From an uncultured bacterium (GTDB lineage Bacteria; Chlamydiota; Chlamydiia; Chlamydiales; SM23-39), in the NCBI GenBank assembly GCA_963716985.1, contig OY970323.1, forward strand, positions 1,888,001-1,952,000: DNA of 64,000 nt. Reading direction: 5' to 3'. Positions 39,223 to 48,316 of this stretch are shown here, piece by piece. The notes under the pieces are model-generated. The model did not search any database. It worked only from the letters and a program-made list of their open reading frames with translations, and was not told where the DNA came from. The position numbers and the translations under genes were made by a program. How positions within the stretch are numbered: position 1 is the stretch's first letter; every line of letters begins with the position of its first letter.

Positions 39223-39454
39223 GCTTGTGACTGATCGTTTCCAATCGTCACGTTGGGTGATAGCAGCCTGCTCTTCAGGCACTTTTAGTGTAGAAGAGAG
39301 CATGTGACGATCATGAGAAACCTGTTTAAAGATTATGGTTGGGACAGAAATGACTCCAAGCAATCTTCTTTCACGCCTGAACAAGAGCCTACTTTAAAAG
39401 CTCTCATTGGCCAGATCGACAAGCTTCAGGAAGAAGCCAAAAAGAACCGAAACC

Positions 39455-39850
39455 TTAATGATGGCCTTTAGCTGCAAACTGACGAAATTGAGATATTGCA
39501 TCCGGCTGCTCAAACCATCTCACGATGTCTTTTGGCAAGGAAATCCGTTTTTTTGGCTCTTTCTTAGTGCCTCTTGGCCTTCCCGCCCCATCTCTTTTTC
39601 CTCCGCGACCTCTCGTTTGCTTTTCCGTGACCGGAGAAAGGTTGTGGTTTAGCCTTTGTTTAATGAATTCACGAAGATAAAGCGGATATCCTTTCAGTAC
39701 GTCTTCGGGAGAATCTCCTCCATATTCGACTGGATAAGAACGATGGCTAAAAACCCAAGCATTAACCTCTTTGTCAAACCAAGGTTTAATCTCTCCAATC
39801 TCATCTAGAGCTATTTTAAGATGTTTCTCTATTTCTTTTTTGGAGGCCAT
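39455..39850 (-). CDS. HicB-like antitoxin with a basic GGKRxGAGRP tail
   Basis: GDSPEDVL..Y..YLREFI resembles the HicB N-domain; overlaps the upstream small gene. Confidence 0.5.
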   Translation of the reverse strand: MASKKEIEKHLKIALDEIGEIKPWFDKEVNAWVFSHRSYPVEYGGDSPEDVLKGYPLYLREFIKQRLNHNLSPVTEKQTRGRGGKRDGAGRPRGTKKEPKKRISLPKDIVRWFEQPDAISQFRQFAAKGHH

Positions 39851-40053
39851 TTCATCCCTCTTTTTTTAAATGCTTTTTCGGTCTTTCTCACACAGAGAGC
39901 TATGACCTCGCCCCCTTTTGTGTTCTTGCCGTGCGTTATCTTAATGGAGCAAACGTAATTTCCATTTTCGTCACATAGGCTATAGTCAAACCCGGACTTC
40001 GAAAGAGACCACCCAACGATTTTAATGAGTCGTCGGTAATCTCTTTCTTCCAT
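39829..40053 (-). CDS. Putative HicA-like toxin
   Basis: 74-aa basic protein, ...IVGWSL...ITHG; paired with the HicB-like gene. Confidence 0.4.
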   Translation of the reverse strand: MEERDYRRLIKIVGWSLSKSGFDYSLCDENGNYVCSIKITHGKNTKGGEVIALCVRKTEKAFKKRGMKWPPKKK

Positions 40054-40267
40054 TATTTTAGATTGTTTTGGCAAAAAAATCAAATGACTTCTTAAAAATA
40101 TTAGCCTAAGAAGCATAAGAAATCTGTTTTTATCAAGAAAGTCCCTTCCAGGCCCATAGAAAGAAAATTTGAATTTAGACTGTTTCTATATCCCGGGATA
40201 AGATCGTGCCCCCGAAGCTTCTAATGCAAGATCCTGAAAGAGTGGAATGAGTTACGAAATAGCATTA

Positions 40268-41260
40268 TTAAGAAAGCGTCAGAGATCTTTGCGGATACTT
40301 TTCGCAAGAAAGGACCTTATCAAAGTAACCAATCGTTTTTGTAAGACCGGTTTCAAGATTTGTTTTGGGCTGCCATTGTAAAAGATGCTTGGCCGCAGAA
40401 ATATCGGGCTTTCTTTGCTTGGGATCATCTTCCGGAAGAGTTTTGAAAATCAAGGCAGAAGAAGACCCGGTAATCTTTAAGATCTTTTCTGCAAGCTCTA
40501 GAATGGTAAACTCTGTGGGATTGCCAAGATTCAATGGGCCAATATGAGAGTGTTGTGTTTTCATAAAAAGAAGAAATGCCTCGATCAGATCGTCCACATA
40601 GCAAAAGGATCTGGTCTGCATGCCATCTCCATAAATCGTGAGCGGCCGGCCCGTTAATGCTTGCACGATGAAGTTGGAAACCACCCTTCCGTCGTTGGGA
40701 TGCATGCGCGGCCCATAGGTATTGAAAATGCGTGCAACTTTGATGGGTACTTGATGGCGGCGCCAATAGTCAAAAAAAAGCGTTTCCGCGCAGCGCTTTC
40801 CCTCGTCATAACAGGAGCGCACCCCGATCGCATTGACATGTCCCCAATAGCTTTCCTTTTGCGGATGCACCTCCGGATCTCCATACACCTCGCTCGTCGA
40901 TGCTTGAAAAATCTTTGCTTTCAAACGCTTGGCAAGTCCTAAGAGATTGAGAGAGCCGCACACATTGGTCTTCAGAGTAAAGATGGGGTCCACCTGATAA
41001 TGGACGGGAGACGCGGGAGAGGCCAAATTATAGATCTCTTCTATTCCTTCAAGAAAAAGGGGGGAAGAAATGTCGTGTTCCAAGAGAGAAAAATCCGCAT
41101 GCTCCTGAAAAGAAAGAATATTTTTTCTGCTGCCCGTATAGAAATTATCCACACAGACAACCGCATTTCCCTCTTTTAAGAGCTCTTCGCAGAGATGAGA
41201 TCCCAGGAAACCCGCACCTCCTGTCACGAGAACTTTTTTCCGCGCCACAGGTTTTGTCAA
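40268..41260 (-). CDS. UDP-glucuronate decarboxylase (UDP-xylose synthase)
   Basis: [39 protein letters not shown]. Confidence 0.93.
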   Translation of the reverse strand: MTKPVARKKVLVTGGAGFLGSHLCEELLKEGNAVVCVDNFYTGSRKNILSFQEHADFSLLEHDISSPLFLEGIEEIYNLASPASPVHYQVDPIFTLKTNVCGSLNLLGLAKRLKAKIFQASTSEVYGDPEVHPQKESYWGHVNAIGVRSCYDEGKRCAETLFFDYWRRHQVPIKVARIFNTYGPRMHPNDGRVVSNFIVQALTGRPLTIYGDGMQTRSFCYVDDLIEAFLLFMKTQHSHIGPLNLGNPTEFTILELAEKILKITGSSSALIFKTLPEDDPKQRKPDISAAKHLLQWQPKTNLETGLTKTIGYFDKVLSCEKYPQRSLTLS

Positions 41261-41263
41261 AAC

Positions 41264-44182
41264 TCAATCCTCACTTTTTTTCTCAATCAGCATCAATCTA
41301 CTCTTCTTATCAAAATTTGCCCAGTCTGTAAATGGCTTTAATTCAGGCAGGGTCTCTTTCTCATAAGTTAGAAGAAGGAAATCAGAAAGGGGCAAAAGAA
41401 CTTGCGGCTCCATATTCTTCAAAGAAGACTTATTAAACAAAAGAATAGCATCATATTTTTCTTTTAAGCAAGCGATCATTGCACAAAATCCCCTCGAGCC
41501 TAAAACTTCTGCTCCATGAGGATATTCCTTGCCGCTCACCAGAAGGTCAAAGTTTGCATGATGCTCTATGGGACACTCTTTGATCTCGCAAGAGAGATAG
41601 TGCATAAAGCCGCATCTCCCACTCTCGTCAAAAGAGGTATCGATCAACAACACACTGCGCCCGCTCTTCGTCAAAAGATGAGCCAAAGAGTGCGCATAAT
41701 TAGGGCCTAGATTCGCAAGGATAGAAATCGTAGGACACAGCTCTTTTGCCTGCTGATTTTTTCCAAGAAAAACAACCATTTTTCGAAGGAGCTCCAAATC
41801 CCTTTCAGCGAGTCTAGATAAGGGGAGCTCTTCGCATAAATTGGAAATCCTTCCCAAGACCACAAATCCCCAATCCCTCCATCTCTCTTGAGTAACCGGA
41901 AATCCTCGCATCATGCCCTGAAGGAGCGAAGAGAGATAAGCAACAAAGACTCCCAATAGAATCGAGACGATAAGAGAGCTCATGAAAGGAACCGCTTTCG
42001 GCTGCGAAAAAGCAATGGCCGGATCGATCGCTCTTGCTCCCGCGTTCTGCAGATGCAAAAGAAGCGTCTTGTTTTCGATGCTCTCGCACAATTTTTCGAC
42101 CACCTTCAGTCCTATATTCGTTTCAAACTTCAGCTCTTTTTCCTTCTTCCACTTTTTGGGAAGATCGGACATTTCTTCTTTCAATCTCTCCAATCGCGCA
42201 AGCAGCTGCTTCTTCTCCTCTTGCAAACTCTCGATTTTTTGACCTACAAACTCCTTTCTTTGCTGGTCGAGTATGGATATTTCCTGATTCAAACGGTCCA
42301 GGATGATCCCTTGCAGAAATTGCAGCTTCTCTTCCAGCATCAAAGATTGCAATAGCTCCTTTTGGACAAGTTCCTGAATGTGATGGGAGAGAAAGGATTT
42401 GCGCACAAGGATTTCTTCTCGAAAACGCTCCCTCTCTTTTGGAGCATAATTTTTTTCATCGCAAAGGCGCAAAGAAAGCAGGCTTGCCTCCTTAATGAGA
42501 CCTTGCGTCACGCTATCCTCGAAAATCGAGGCAAGAGAGCTGATTTCAAAATGGGGGTCTAAAAACTCCTTTTGTATGCGGATGTATTCTGCTTGTTTGC
42601 ACCTGGAATTTTCTAATGCTGCGGAATACTCCTGAAACAAATTTCGAGCGCCCTCTAAGTCCAAAGAGGAGCATTCATCTAGCTTGGGGGAAGAGAATGG
42701 ATTTTCCTGGATCGTCATTTCTTCCACAGAAAGCAGATGGTAGAGATGAGAGAGGAGTCCTTGCAAATCTTCTTTCCGCACTCCTCTGCCATCCGCTCTC
42801 CAAGACTCTAAAAGCTTTTTCAGCTCGGCAAACTCAATAGTTCCATCGATCCGAGGGGTCTCTTTTTTTAATTCCTGAAGAACAAAGAGCGTCTCCTCTT
42901 TCTTTTTCCTGAGATCTTTCAAATGGCTTGTTTTGTTGTCGATCGCTTCTTTTCTTTGGAAAGGTTTCTCTTCGGCTAAAGAATTCCTCAACGACGCCCC
43001 TTCTTTTCCTGGCTCCATCGTTTGCAAAACCAGGGGAGGGCTGTCTCTTTTCTTATTCAATGCCAAATCAAGGGGATCTCTTTGTCTTTTCAACTCTTCA
43101 ATCTTTTGCGAGAAATGAACAGTCTCTTCTCCCAAAATGCTTTCCCCTTTTTCCTGAAGAAGGTTGATTTTGCAATCAAGATCGGAGAGTTTTTCTAAAT
43201 ATCTTTGCTGCAAAGAGAGATAACTTTTGGTTTCATTTTGAAGATCGACAAATCCCTTGGCCCCTAAATTTTTCTCCAAATAATCCACCTGCTTGCCAAG
43301 CGTCTTTTCCAGTCGAGAGGAGAGATCTTCATGTCTTTTTTCAAGATAGGCAATCTGCTCTTGCACCACCTTTTCGCTCTCCTCTTTTAAATAGCTTTCA
43401 TACTCCTTCATGATCTGATTGAGAATGCTGATTGCCGCATTGCGATTGGGATGGGAAAGGGTCAAGCGCACAAAGGAAGCGTTGTTTTTATCGGCGGCAA
43501 GCGAAATGTTTTTGAGGATTTGCCGGACTGCGTCTAGCCATGGGACCAACACAATGGAATACTTCTTGTGAAGAGAGATTTTTTTAGGGATCGACTCGAG
43601 CGTGAATCGAAAAGAGCCAAGGCAAACTTCTTCTCCCACACTTCCCGCGCCAACTTGCCGTCCCTTGCAATTGAACACAAGAAAGCTTTTCAAAGAATCG
43701 AACTGAAGAAAATATTTTTCTTTGCTTTCTAAAAGAAAAGAGACGCCGGAAAAAGAAAATGCCTCCTCCCTATCTTCTAAGAATCTATTCGGCACGGGGC
43801 GGAAATAGAGCCGCCAATTCCTTTGATAGCGAGAAAGCACCCCCTCCTCTCTTTGCACCTGAAGACCTAATCTTTCGACCACTCGCTTGAGAATCTGCTT
43901 GCTCTTCATTAAGGTAATCGCCTGCAGCTCCTCTTTAGAAAAATCCATGCCGGAGGGAAGCAGGTTCTCTATAAAACTTGAGACGGTTTTATTTTTATCG
44001 AAGGACTCTTTGAAGAGCGCTTCTGCTTTATAAAGCGGAGGGAACGCTCCCAAAGAGGCAAGAAAAACAAGAGCAAAGAGAGAGCCAAAAAGAAGAGCTC
44101 TTTTTTTGGAAGACCGTACTAAATGCAAAAGATCGGAAAAATAAAAAGCATAATATTCCTGAGGATCAACAATGGGGGTCAT
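41264..44182 (-). CDS. Wzc/GumC-like polysaccharide co-polymerase
   Basis: Two TM segments flanking a long coiled coil, degenerate C-terminal ATPase-like domain; adjacent to wza. Confidence 0.75.
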   Translation of the reverse strand: MTPIVDPQEYYAFYFSDLLHLVRSSKKRALLFGSLFALVFLASLGAFPPLYKAEALFKESFDKNKTVSSFIENLLPSGMDFSKEELQAITLMKSKQILKRVVERLGLQVQREEGVLSRYQRNWRLYFRPVPNRFLEDREEAFSFSGVSFLLESKEKYFLQFDSLKSFLVFNCKGRQVGAGSVGEEVCLGSFRFTLESIPKKISLHKKYSIVLVPWLDAVRQILKNISLAADKNNASFVRLTLSHPNRNAAISILNQIMKEYESYLKEESEKVVQEQIAYLEKRHEDLSSRLEKTLGKQVDYLEKNLGAKGFVDLQNETKSYLSLQQRYLEKLSDLDCKINLLQEKGESILGEETVHFSQKIEELKRQRDPLDLALNKKRDSPPLVLQTMEPGKEGASLRNSLAEEKPFQRKEAIDNKTSHLKDLRKKKEETLFVLQELKKETPRIDGTIEFAELKKLLESWRADGRGVRKEDLQGLLSHLYHLLSVEEMTIQENPFSSPKLDECSSLDLEGARNLFQEYSAALENSRCKQAEYIRIQKEFLDPHFEISSLASIFEDSVTQGLIKEASLLSLRLCDEKNYAPKERERFREEILVRKSFLSHHIQELVQKELLQSLMLEEKLQFLQGIILDRLNQEISILDQQRKEFVGQKIESLQEEKKQLLARLERLKEEMSDLPKKWKKEKELKFETNIGLKVVEKLCESIENKTLLLHLQNAGARAIDPAIAFSQPKAVPFMSSLIVSILLGVFVAYLSSLLQGMMRGFPVTQERWRDWGFVVLGRISNLCEELPLSRLAERDLELLRKMVVFLGKNQQAKELCPTISILANLGPNYAHSLAHLLTKSGRSVLLIDTSFDESGRCGFMHYLSCEIKECPIEHHANFDLLVSGKEYPHGAEVLGSRGFCAMIACLKEKYDAILLFNKSSLKNMEPQVLLPLSDFLLLTYEKETLPELKPFTDWANFDKKSRLMLIEKKSED

Positions 44183-45228
44183 GGAACTAAAACCCCTACA
44201 CTGCCCGCCCCCTTGCTTGCAATCTCCAGGCCTGAAAAAGAGGGAAGAAGCTGCGAAATAAACCGATTCCATTCCGTGATTGGCTTGGACGCAACATAGA
44301 CGATATCGCCCGGCATCAAAAGAAGGCTGTCGTTCGGAAGGTGGAGGACATGCTCCCAGCTCAGCTGATAAATCTTCGGCCTTTGAATACTTCCGCGAAT
44401 CACAAAAATACAGCTCTTGTCTCCGGTGTAGGGAATTCCTCTGGCTTCAGCAAGGGCTTCCCGCAGAGAAATTCTTCCGCTGGGCAGGGCCACCGACCTC
44501 TCGACGCCCACCTCTCCCATGATCATCACGGTAGCCGCATGGTGCTCTGCTATATATATTTTGTCGCCGCCTCTCATCACGATGTTCTGCGACATATCCC
44601 CTTCTTTGAGAAGCTTGCAAAGGTCCACGGGAACCATTTGCCCCTCTCGGACCACATAGCTTTTGAAGAGGTTCGCCTCCGCCGGAATTTTCGCAATTGC
44701 AATTGCATCAAAAAGGCGAATCTTCCCATCCACGGGAATGTGGCTCACCCCCACCTGTCCCGCCAGTTCGATTTTTTTCACCTTTCTCTCGCGAAAGTTC
44801 ACAAAAACTTCCACGTTGGAGATGAGCGAGCCGTACTCTTTTTGGATTTTTAAAGCTGCCTCTTTGAGCGTAAGCCCCCCCACGAACACAGGAGAAAGAT
44901 CGGGTAGGCAAACCTCTCCGCCCACCACGCGATAGCCCACCTCTTTTCCAATCGTTTGAACGGCGAGGACAAGATCGGCCCTCGTCGGATGAAAAAGAGC
45001 AATCTGCAACACATCTTCTTCGTGAATGGTATCTTTATACTCCTCCAAAAGTCCGGGATCGAGCTCGGAAAAAGATTTGCCTTCCATCTCCAAAATAGAA
45101 AATTTTCCCTCTCGAATCTTGTAAGAATCCATGACAAATTCATCGGCGCCAAATCGATCTTTTCCATAGTAGGTGGAAGAACAGCCAAAAAGAAAAAAAA
45201 CCGGAGCTAGTAAAAAAATAATTCGCAT
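44179..45228 (-). CDS. wza: Wza-like polysaccharide export lipoprotein
   Basis: Lipobox LFGC, Poly_export/SLBB-like motifs, DIVYV...TEWNRFISQLLPS. Confidence 0.88.
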   Translation of the reverse strand: MRIIFLLAPVFFLFGCSSTYYGKDRFGADEFVMDSYKIREGKFSILEMEGKSFSELDPGLLEEYKDTIHEEDVLQIALFHPTRADLVLAVQTIGKEVGYRVVGGEVCLPDLSPVFVGGLTLKEAALKIQKEYGSLISNVEVFVNFRERKVKKIELAGQVGVSHIPVDGKIRLFDAIAIAKIPAEANLFKSYVVREGQMVPVDLCKLLKEGDMSQNIVMRGGDKIYIAEHHAATVMIMGEVGVERSVALPSGRISLREALAEARGIPYTGDKSCIFVIRGSIQRPKIYQLSWEHVLHLPNDSLLLMPGDIVYVASKPITEWNRFISQLLPSFSGLEIASKGAGSVGVLVP

Positions 45229-45303
45229 AATCCCTCTTTTAGAAGATCCTTTTCAGGATTGCAATTTTCTTGTATAACATATAGCTTCTTTTAAGAGAAA
45301 AGT

Positions 45304-46260
45304 ATGAGAAAAGTATTCGTCACCGGAGCTGCCGGATTCATTGGTTATCACTTAAGTCTTTTTCTGAAAAAGAGAAACGACCAGGTGATCGGCTTGGATA
45401 ATTTTAATGCCTATTACGATCCCCATCTCAAAAAGAATCGCGCCCACATTTTAGAAAAAGCGGGAATACCCATTATCTCCGGAGATATCAACGATCAAAA
45501 GCTGCTCCTCTCGATATTCGAGAAAGAAAAAATCACCCACTGCGTTCATCTCGCCGCACAAGCAGGCGTTCGCCATTCGATGATCGAGCCGAATGAATAT
45601 GTCCGCTCCAATCTGGCAGGTTTTGTCTCTCTTTTAGAAGTTTGCCGTCTCTTTCCCCATGTGCGCACCATATTTGCTTCCTCCTCCTCCGTCTATGGGC
45701 TCAACGAAAAGGTTCCTTTCAGCACCGAAGATCCCACCGAAAAACCCACCAATCTCTATGGAGCTACAAAAAAAGCCAACGAACTCATCGCCCATGCCTA
45801 CCACCACCTCTACAAAATACCTCTGATCGGCCTTCGCTATTTTACCGTTTACGGCCCTTGGGGACGCCCCGACATGGCCTATTTTCTATTCACCCGCAAT
45901 ATCCTTGAGGGCAAACCGATTCCGGTATTCAACTTCGGGAAGATGAAACGAGATTTTACCTACATTGACGACATCATCCGGGGCACTGCAGCCGCCCTTG
46001 ACACTCCTACAGACTTTGCCCTATTCAATCTGGGCAACAATAAGCCCGTCGCTCTTTTAGAATTCATTACGGAGTTAGAAAACGCTCTTGGCAAAAAAGC
46101 AGATAAGGAAATGTTGCCCATGCAAAAAGGAGATGTCTTAGAGACCTGCGCCGACATCTCGAAGAGTCAAAAAGAGCTCCATTTTTCTCCTTCCATTCCC
46201 TTAAAAGAAGGGATCCGTCATTTCGTCGACTGGTATCGCGATTATTACAAGGTTCTATGA
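45304..46260 (+). CDS. UDP-glucuronate 4-epimerase family protein
   Basis: GAAGFIG, HLAAQAGVR, YGATKKANE, TVYGPWGRPDMA. Confidence 0.9.
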   Translation: MRKVFVTGAAGFIGYHLSLFLKKRNDQVIGLDNFNAYYDPHLKKNRAHILEKAGIPIISGDINDQKLLLSIFEKEKITHCVHLAAQAGVRHSMIEPNEYVRSNLAGFVSLLEVCRLFPHVRTIFASSSSVYGLNEKVPFSTEDPTEKPTNLYGATKKANELIAHAYHHLYKIPLIGLRYFTVYGPWGRPDMAYFLFTRNILEGKPIPVFNFGKMKRDFTYIDDIIRGTAAALDTPTDFALFNLGNNKPVALLEFITELENALGKKADKEMLPMQKGDVLETCADISKSQKELHFSPSIPLKEGIRHFVDWYRDYYKVL

Positions 46261-46299
46261 TTTCATATCATACAACCACTTCACAAAGGAAATAATCTT

Positions 46300-46872
46300 A
46301 TGCCATCTATCTCCTCATTTTTTTCAGAAATTTCGGGATCAAAAAGTTCTTATGAAAAATATGATAAAGCGCAAAAAATAAAATCTCGCACCACTGCCCT
46401 AATGGTTGCTCTGCTCGCGATTCCTATCATTACAACATCCATTCCGATACAACTATGCAGTTCCCTATCACTTGTTTTGTTGGCGTTATTTTCAACACGC
46501 CTCTTTCCCGTGGATTGGAAAAAAATAGGCATTGTTGGAGGGAGCACGATTTTGGCTGGAATGGGGATTGCAATTTTAGAGGGAATAACATCCGCTTTAT
46601 GCACTGTGGGAACTGTTTCTATGATTGCCTCCATCTTTTTTGATGCATGGCATGACAGCTCCAATATCCAAAAAAAAGAAATGGTCTACCACTCAACACT
46701 CATAAGAAGAACCATCGTATCGGTTAGCCTCGGCCTCTTGGGATTAGGCTCTCTCGCAGTAGTTTCTTTTAAAAACGCAATATTGCGCACAAAATACGCT
46801 ATCCTGTTCCCTTTTAAACGGGTCGACAGCCATCTTGGGGATCTTCTTCTTTGCTATCCTTTGCAAGTGTAG
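46300..46872 (+). CDS. Membrane protein (paralog of 47436-48002), probably frameshifted near 46770
   Basis: Shared ALAIPIIT.SIP.Q..SSL / FP..WKKI.IV; an alternate frame gives KTQYCAQNTLSC, matching the paralog. Confidence 0.65.
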   Translation: MPSISSFFSEISGSKSSYEKYDKAQKIKSRTTALMVALLAIPIITTSIPIQLCSSLSLVLLALFSTRLFPVDWKKIGIVGGSTILAGMGIAILEGITSALCTVGTVSMIASIFFDAWHDSSNIQKKEMVYHSTLIRRTIVSVSLGLLGLGSLAVVSFKNAILRTKYAILFPFKRVDSHLGDLLLCYPLQV

Positions 46873-47035
46873 CTTATACTGTCATCGCACATGCGAATAA
46901 GTCTCCTGCGCATCGCACGCATTAAAGTTTTCAGAAAACCACTGTAATTGCAATCCTGTTTTGATCGCTGCAAAGCTTGACAAAAAGAAAAAAACCTCTA
47001 AACTTTTTTCTTTTACAAAAATAATGGGGATTTTC

Positions 47036-47430
47036 ATGGATGTAAAAGGAGTTTGTATTGTTGCCGGGTGCGGTATATTGACAGCCGCCGGAGTTGGACT
47101 CTTAGGATTCGGTTTGACATCTAGTATTTGCGCAGCTGGATCAGCTGCTGCATTTGCGAAAAGTATTTTTGATGTCTGGAATTCCAAGGATGAAAAAAAA
47201 AATTTCACAGCCATGTTTTCAAGGCAGTGGCTATTGCAGCAACAACACTTGTCTTATTGGAATTAACCAATGTCTCTCTCAACGTTAAAACTCAATCCTG
47301 TGTACAAGACACTTTAAAATGTTTCCTTGCAAAAGGAGCTGTATATACCTCAGCCACATCTGTTTTGCTATCTCTTGGTTTCTTGGCGCATAGGATGTAT
47401 ACTATCATTTCCTATAAAAGCAGGGGGTAA
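47036..47430 (+). pseudogene. Small membrane protein split at an A10 run
   Basis: One additional A at 47193-47202 joins the two ORFs; KTQSCVQDTLKC motif. Confidence 0.65.
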
Positions 47431-47435
47431 ATATC

Positions 47436-48002
47436 ATGACACCTATTTCATCAGCGCTTGCAAAGGTTTTCAGCCCCCTCTATGAAGAAAAAGAAAGGGA
47501 TATTTGGGGCAACGGTTCGGTCATTTCAGCACTAGCAATTCCAATCATAACAAAATCCATTCCGGCACAAGTTTTCAGTTCATTACTACTTTTCTTGATA
47601 GCTTTATCTTCCGCGAGAGTGTTTCCCATCAACTGGAAAAAAATTGCGATTGTGGTAGGAAGCTCTGCATTAGTAGGAACGGGTGTTGGGATTCTAGGAG
47701 GAGGATTTGTATCTGGCTTATTTGTTGCGGGATTTGTCTCGACGCTTGTAGCACCTATTTTTGATGCCTTGCACAGCAATTCAAGGGAAAAGGATCGACT
47801 CTTAGTGACATTATTAACAAGCAGCGCCCTATCGATGGGACTCGGATATTTCACCCATGTTTCATCCTACGTAAAAACTCAATTTTGCGAGCAAAATTCC
47901 CTCTGTTACTCCATTTCAAACGGGTGGACGAATCTCTTGGCGGCGGCTACTTTACTGTCTATCGCGCATGCAGCATATACTGCTTTTTTGCTGAAGAAAT
48001 AG
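47436..48002 (+). CDS. Membrane protein with KTQFCEQNSLC loop
   Basis: Multiple hydrophobic segments; paralog of 46300. Confidence 0.75.
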   Translation: MTPISSALAKVFSPLYEEKERDIWGNGSVISALAIPIITKSIPAQVFSSLLLFLIALSSARVFPINWKKIAIVVGSSALVGTGVGILGGGFVSGLFVAGFVSTLVAPIFDALHSNSREKDRLLVTLLTSSALSMGLGYFTHVSSYVKTQFCEQNSLCYSISNGWTNLLAAATLLSIAHAAYTAFLLKK

Positions 48003-48020
48003 CCTTTTTTCAGCAACTCT

Positions 48021-48160
48021 TTATTCTTTGTGCATCGCTTTTTTGAAAACTTTGGGCAGATTTTCGAGCAGATCGGAGGCGATCCCAGCATAAGATCTCT
48101 TTTCTATGGCAAGCATCTCTCCGCGCAATCCGTGAAGATGGCCCTCAAAAGAGCCGCCGG
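48021..48160 (-). repeat. Degenerate direct-repeat copy of the nnr 3' end (56717-about 56856)
   Basis: TTATTCTTTGTGCATCGCTTTTTTGAAAACTTTGGGCAGATTTTCGA.CAGATCGGAGGCGATC at both sites. Confidence 0.9.
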
Positions 48161-48316
48161 GTGCGCTCCCCTCAAAACAAAGATCATTGTAGCACCTTTG
48201 ATGGACAATGCTTTCACAGAACCATTATTAATCTATTGGCAATTTTTTTTCTTAATGATACATAGATAAAATAGCACGAAAGCAGCTCTTTGGCTTGTAA
48301 AATTAAGGAAAATATT

